Source of the DNA: Planctomycetales bacterium
GTDB taxonomy: Bacteria; 4484-113
NCBI GenBank assembly: GCA_037441675.1
Contig: JBBIRS010000009.1
Location: forward strand, 19,644 to 83,643
Direction: 5' to 3'
Length of the DNA stretch: 64,000 nt
Shown here: piece by piece, positions 62,071 to 64,000 of the stretch
Layout of the letters: every line of letters begins with the position of its first letter
Numbering within the stretch: position 1 is the stretch's first letter
Translations under genes and position numbers: made by a program
The notes under the pieces: model-generated
What the model was told of the DNA's origin: nothing
The model's database searches: none
Seen by the model: the letters and a program-made list of their open reading frames with translations, nothing else

Positions 62071-63932
62071 CTACGGTTTGCCATTCACTTCCCCCTCGAC
62101 TATCTTAATTTCCTCTTCGGTGAGGCCGTAGAGCTTGTAGACGAGCTGGTCAATTTCGCGTTCAAGCTCCTTGACCTTCGCCTGCTTTTCCGTATTCTTG
62201 AGATAATCCTCATCCTTCGTGATGGCAAGGATTTTGCGCACGACCTCAGTAAGTCGCTTCATCTCCACCTCAGGAATGCTCGGGACTGGCAGAAACTCCA
62301 ATTCATAGATGTTCACATTGTTGTTAGTGCTTGTCTTTCTAAACCGCCAATTCAGAGTAGTTGAACCTAATAACCCTAGCAAAGCCTCAAGGCTCAGATC
62401 AGTTCTTTGCAGTGGTTCAATGACGTTCGCAGAGTTCCCAACTACTACATTCTCAGGAACAATGGCGGGAATGATTCTCCTTCTAAGCCCCATATTAACC
62501 ACATGTTGTAGCACTATTCTGCGCTCCGCTATCCTACTCTTGAATGTCGCTGCTTTCTCGGTTCCAAGGTTACGCATGTACCGCTCCAACTCGAACCACC
62601 TCGATCTGGATTCCTTGTGTCTAAGTTCACCTTGAATCTAGATATATGATCTCCTCGAACAAGTAGGCTCTCGGTCGGCAGAGACGATAAGTACTTCCTT
62701 TGAAAGGTCAGGTTAATATCGCCTTGACTCATGGTAACTACTTGGCCCAAGGGGATAGCGTGGCTGTGCATTTTCTTTAGAATCGCATATTCTGAGGAGT
62801 CGAGAACCAGTGGAATAACGAGGTGCTCTCCTGAGATCCCTTCAACGTCCTCCCCTGAGACAGAAACAGAGTCCGGCGGAGGTAGCTCTTTACTGCTTAG
62901 CCCTATCGATAGAAGAAACGGTTCCCTTGCACTCCGTTTCTGGAACTGAAAAATGCACAGCGCTTGCGTGACGTTCTCGAAGACCCTCGTCTTCTCCGGG
63001 ATTTCTATCATGAATTGAAGCACTGATTTCTCCGAGAGTAGCTTCCTAATCCCTCCGGCGCTTTTGTCGGCGATTATGGTGCTAGGCACGATATAGGTCA
63101 ACAACCCAAGCGGTTTGATGAGATGGGACCCTTTCTCAATGAACAGCCGATAGAGATTCAACTTGCCTTGAAGAGCAAAGGCGAATTCAGCGGACGCCCT
63201 AATTTCCTTTATGAATCGTCTTTGTTCTGCGTCACTGCCCGCCTCATTTAGTACATCGTAAGACGGATTGGCGATGACCACATCAAATCAGCCTTTTTCT
63301 TGAAATACCTCTGAAAAATTAATACGCCACTCAAAATGCTCCGTTGGGCCGGGCTCGCCAATGCTTCTCAGTTCCTCAATCTTGCGTCTCAGTTCCTTCA
63401 CCTTGGCTTCCCTAGCCTTCTCCAAATGCTTATCATCAATGAGAAGCGGTTGGTCTTGTATTGCCTTTATCTGATTTCTAAGCGACTCTATGCCTTTTTG
63501 CCTGTCGTGCTCAATTAGGCTCCTGATAAGCTTGTCAATTTCATCTCGTAATCTATCCTTCTTGGTTGAACTATAAGCATTAAAGAAATCTTTCTTGAGC
63601 TGTTCAAGTTTCTTGACCATTTCGTTTCTCTCACGGTCTTGACTAACTGCGAGGAACTCAGGAGAGAGCAATTCAATCAGGCTATTGCCCTGCATAACCT
63701 TGTAATCCAGGTTTGGAAGGGGCTGGACTTTCTCGCGGTCGGTTTCATCCACAACAAGGGAAAGCCATAAGCGGAGCTTGCAGATTTCCACCGCGCCCGG
63801 GTCAATGTCTACGCCGTAAAGGCAGTTCTGGATGGCGTGGCGCTAGAAGTGGTAGGTATCTCGACTATTTCCATTACCGAGGTATGGTGTCAGAGCGCTC
63901 CGCGCGCGGATAACCTCGCTCATCATTCCGAC
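62071..63932 (-). pseudogene. Decayed Eco57I-like type IIG restriction-modification (N6-adenine MTase plus target-recognition) gene
   Basis: VGMMSEVIRAR...HF*RHAIQNCLYGVDIDPGAVEICKLRLWL...LPNLDYK; FSEVFQEKG*FDVVIANPSY; frameshift near 62600; C-terminal EREIDQLVYKLYGLTEEEI. Confidence 0.88.
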
Positions 63933-64000
63933 ATAAGCGCGGATAATCTCCCGCGAGGCGTATTTGGGCTGGTCAACTATCTCGGTCAGGCTTCGGGCAA

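Noticed and set aside
62014..62364. 116-aa plus-strand ORF
   Set aside because: Antisense shadow of the RM methyltransferase C-terminus.
63288..63290. In-frame TGA as selenocysteine or programmed readthrough
   Set aside because: Falls at a position that is normally Gly (GGFD), in a gene with several other lesions.

Overview
Mostly core-genome DNA from a bacterium that looks like a diderm member of the Terrabacteria. This is an inference from a short-form DnaK, HspR, BshC and YlxR occurring together with Lpt-type outer-membrane genes. Left to right: a metal-handling neighbourhood (DsbD-N-like exported protein, MacB/FtsX-type ABC transporter, DUF2318 protein, P1B-2 ATPase, lipoprotein cytochrome c); a SIR2-like NADase fused to about 16 TPRs, translationally coupled to ubiX and followed by bshC; an orphan wzy-like/wzc-like pair whose kinase domain is degenerate; rpsF-rpsR-rplI; wecB/tagA-ftsE-ftsX-M23-ctpA; tRNA-Thr(TGT), a decayed Clp-fold protease gene, then thrS-glmU-prs; a triple-repeat unknown protein next to an SmtB-type repressor; an exported Gly/Asp-repeat protein; lptF/G; malic enzyme; a cysteine desulfurase-like gene; gpmI; mrp; a dnaK-hsp20-grpE-dnaJ-hspR-clpC heat-shock cluster; htrA; ftsH-folE (atypical FolE); rimP-nusA-ylxR-infB; a lone mreB; and a decayed Eco57I-type (IIG) restriction-modification gene at the right edge. 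No CRISPR array, rRNA, integrase or transposase was seen. The best candidates for new biology are the SIR2-TPR/ubiX/bshC unit, the Cys-rich DUF2318-ABC metal module, the FolE lacking triphosphate-binding residues, the repeat protein-SmtB pair and an apparent AUU start for ftsX. All calls come from reading motifs by eye; no database searches were run.
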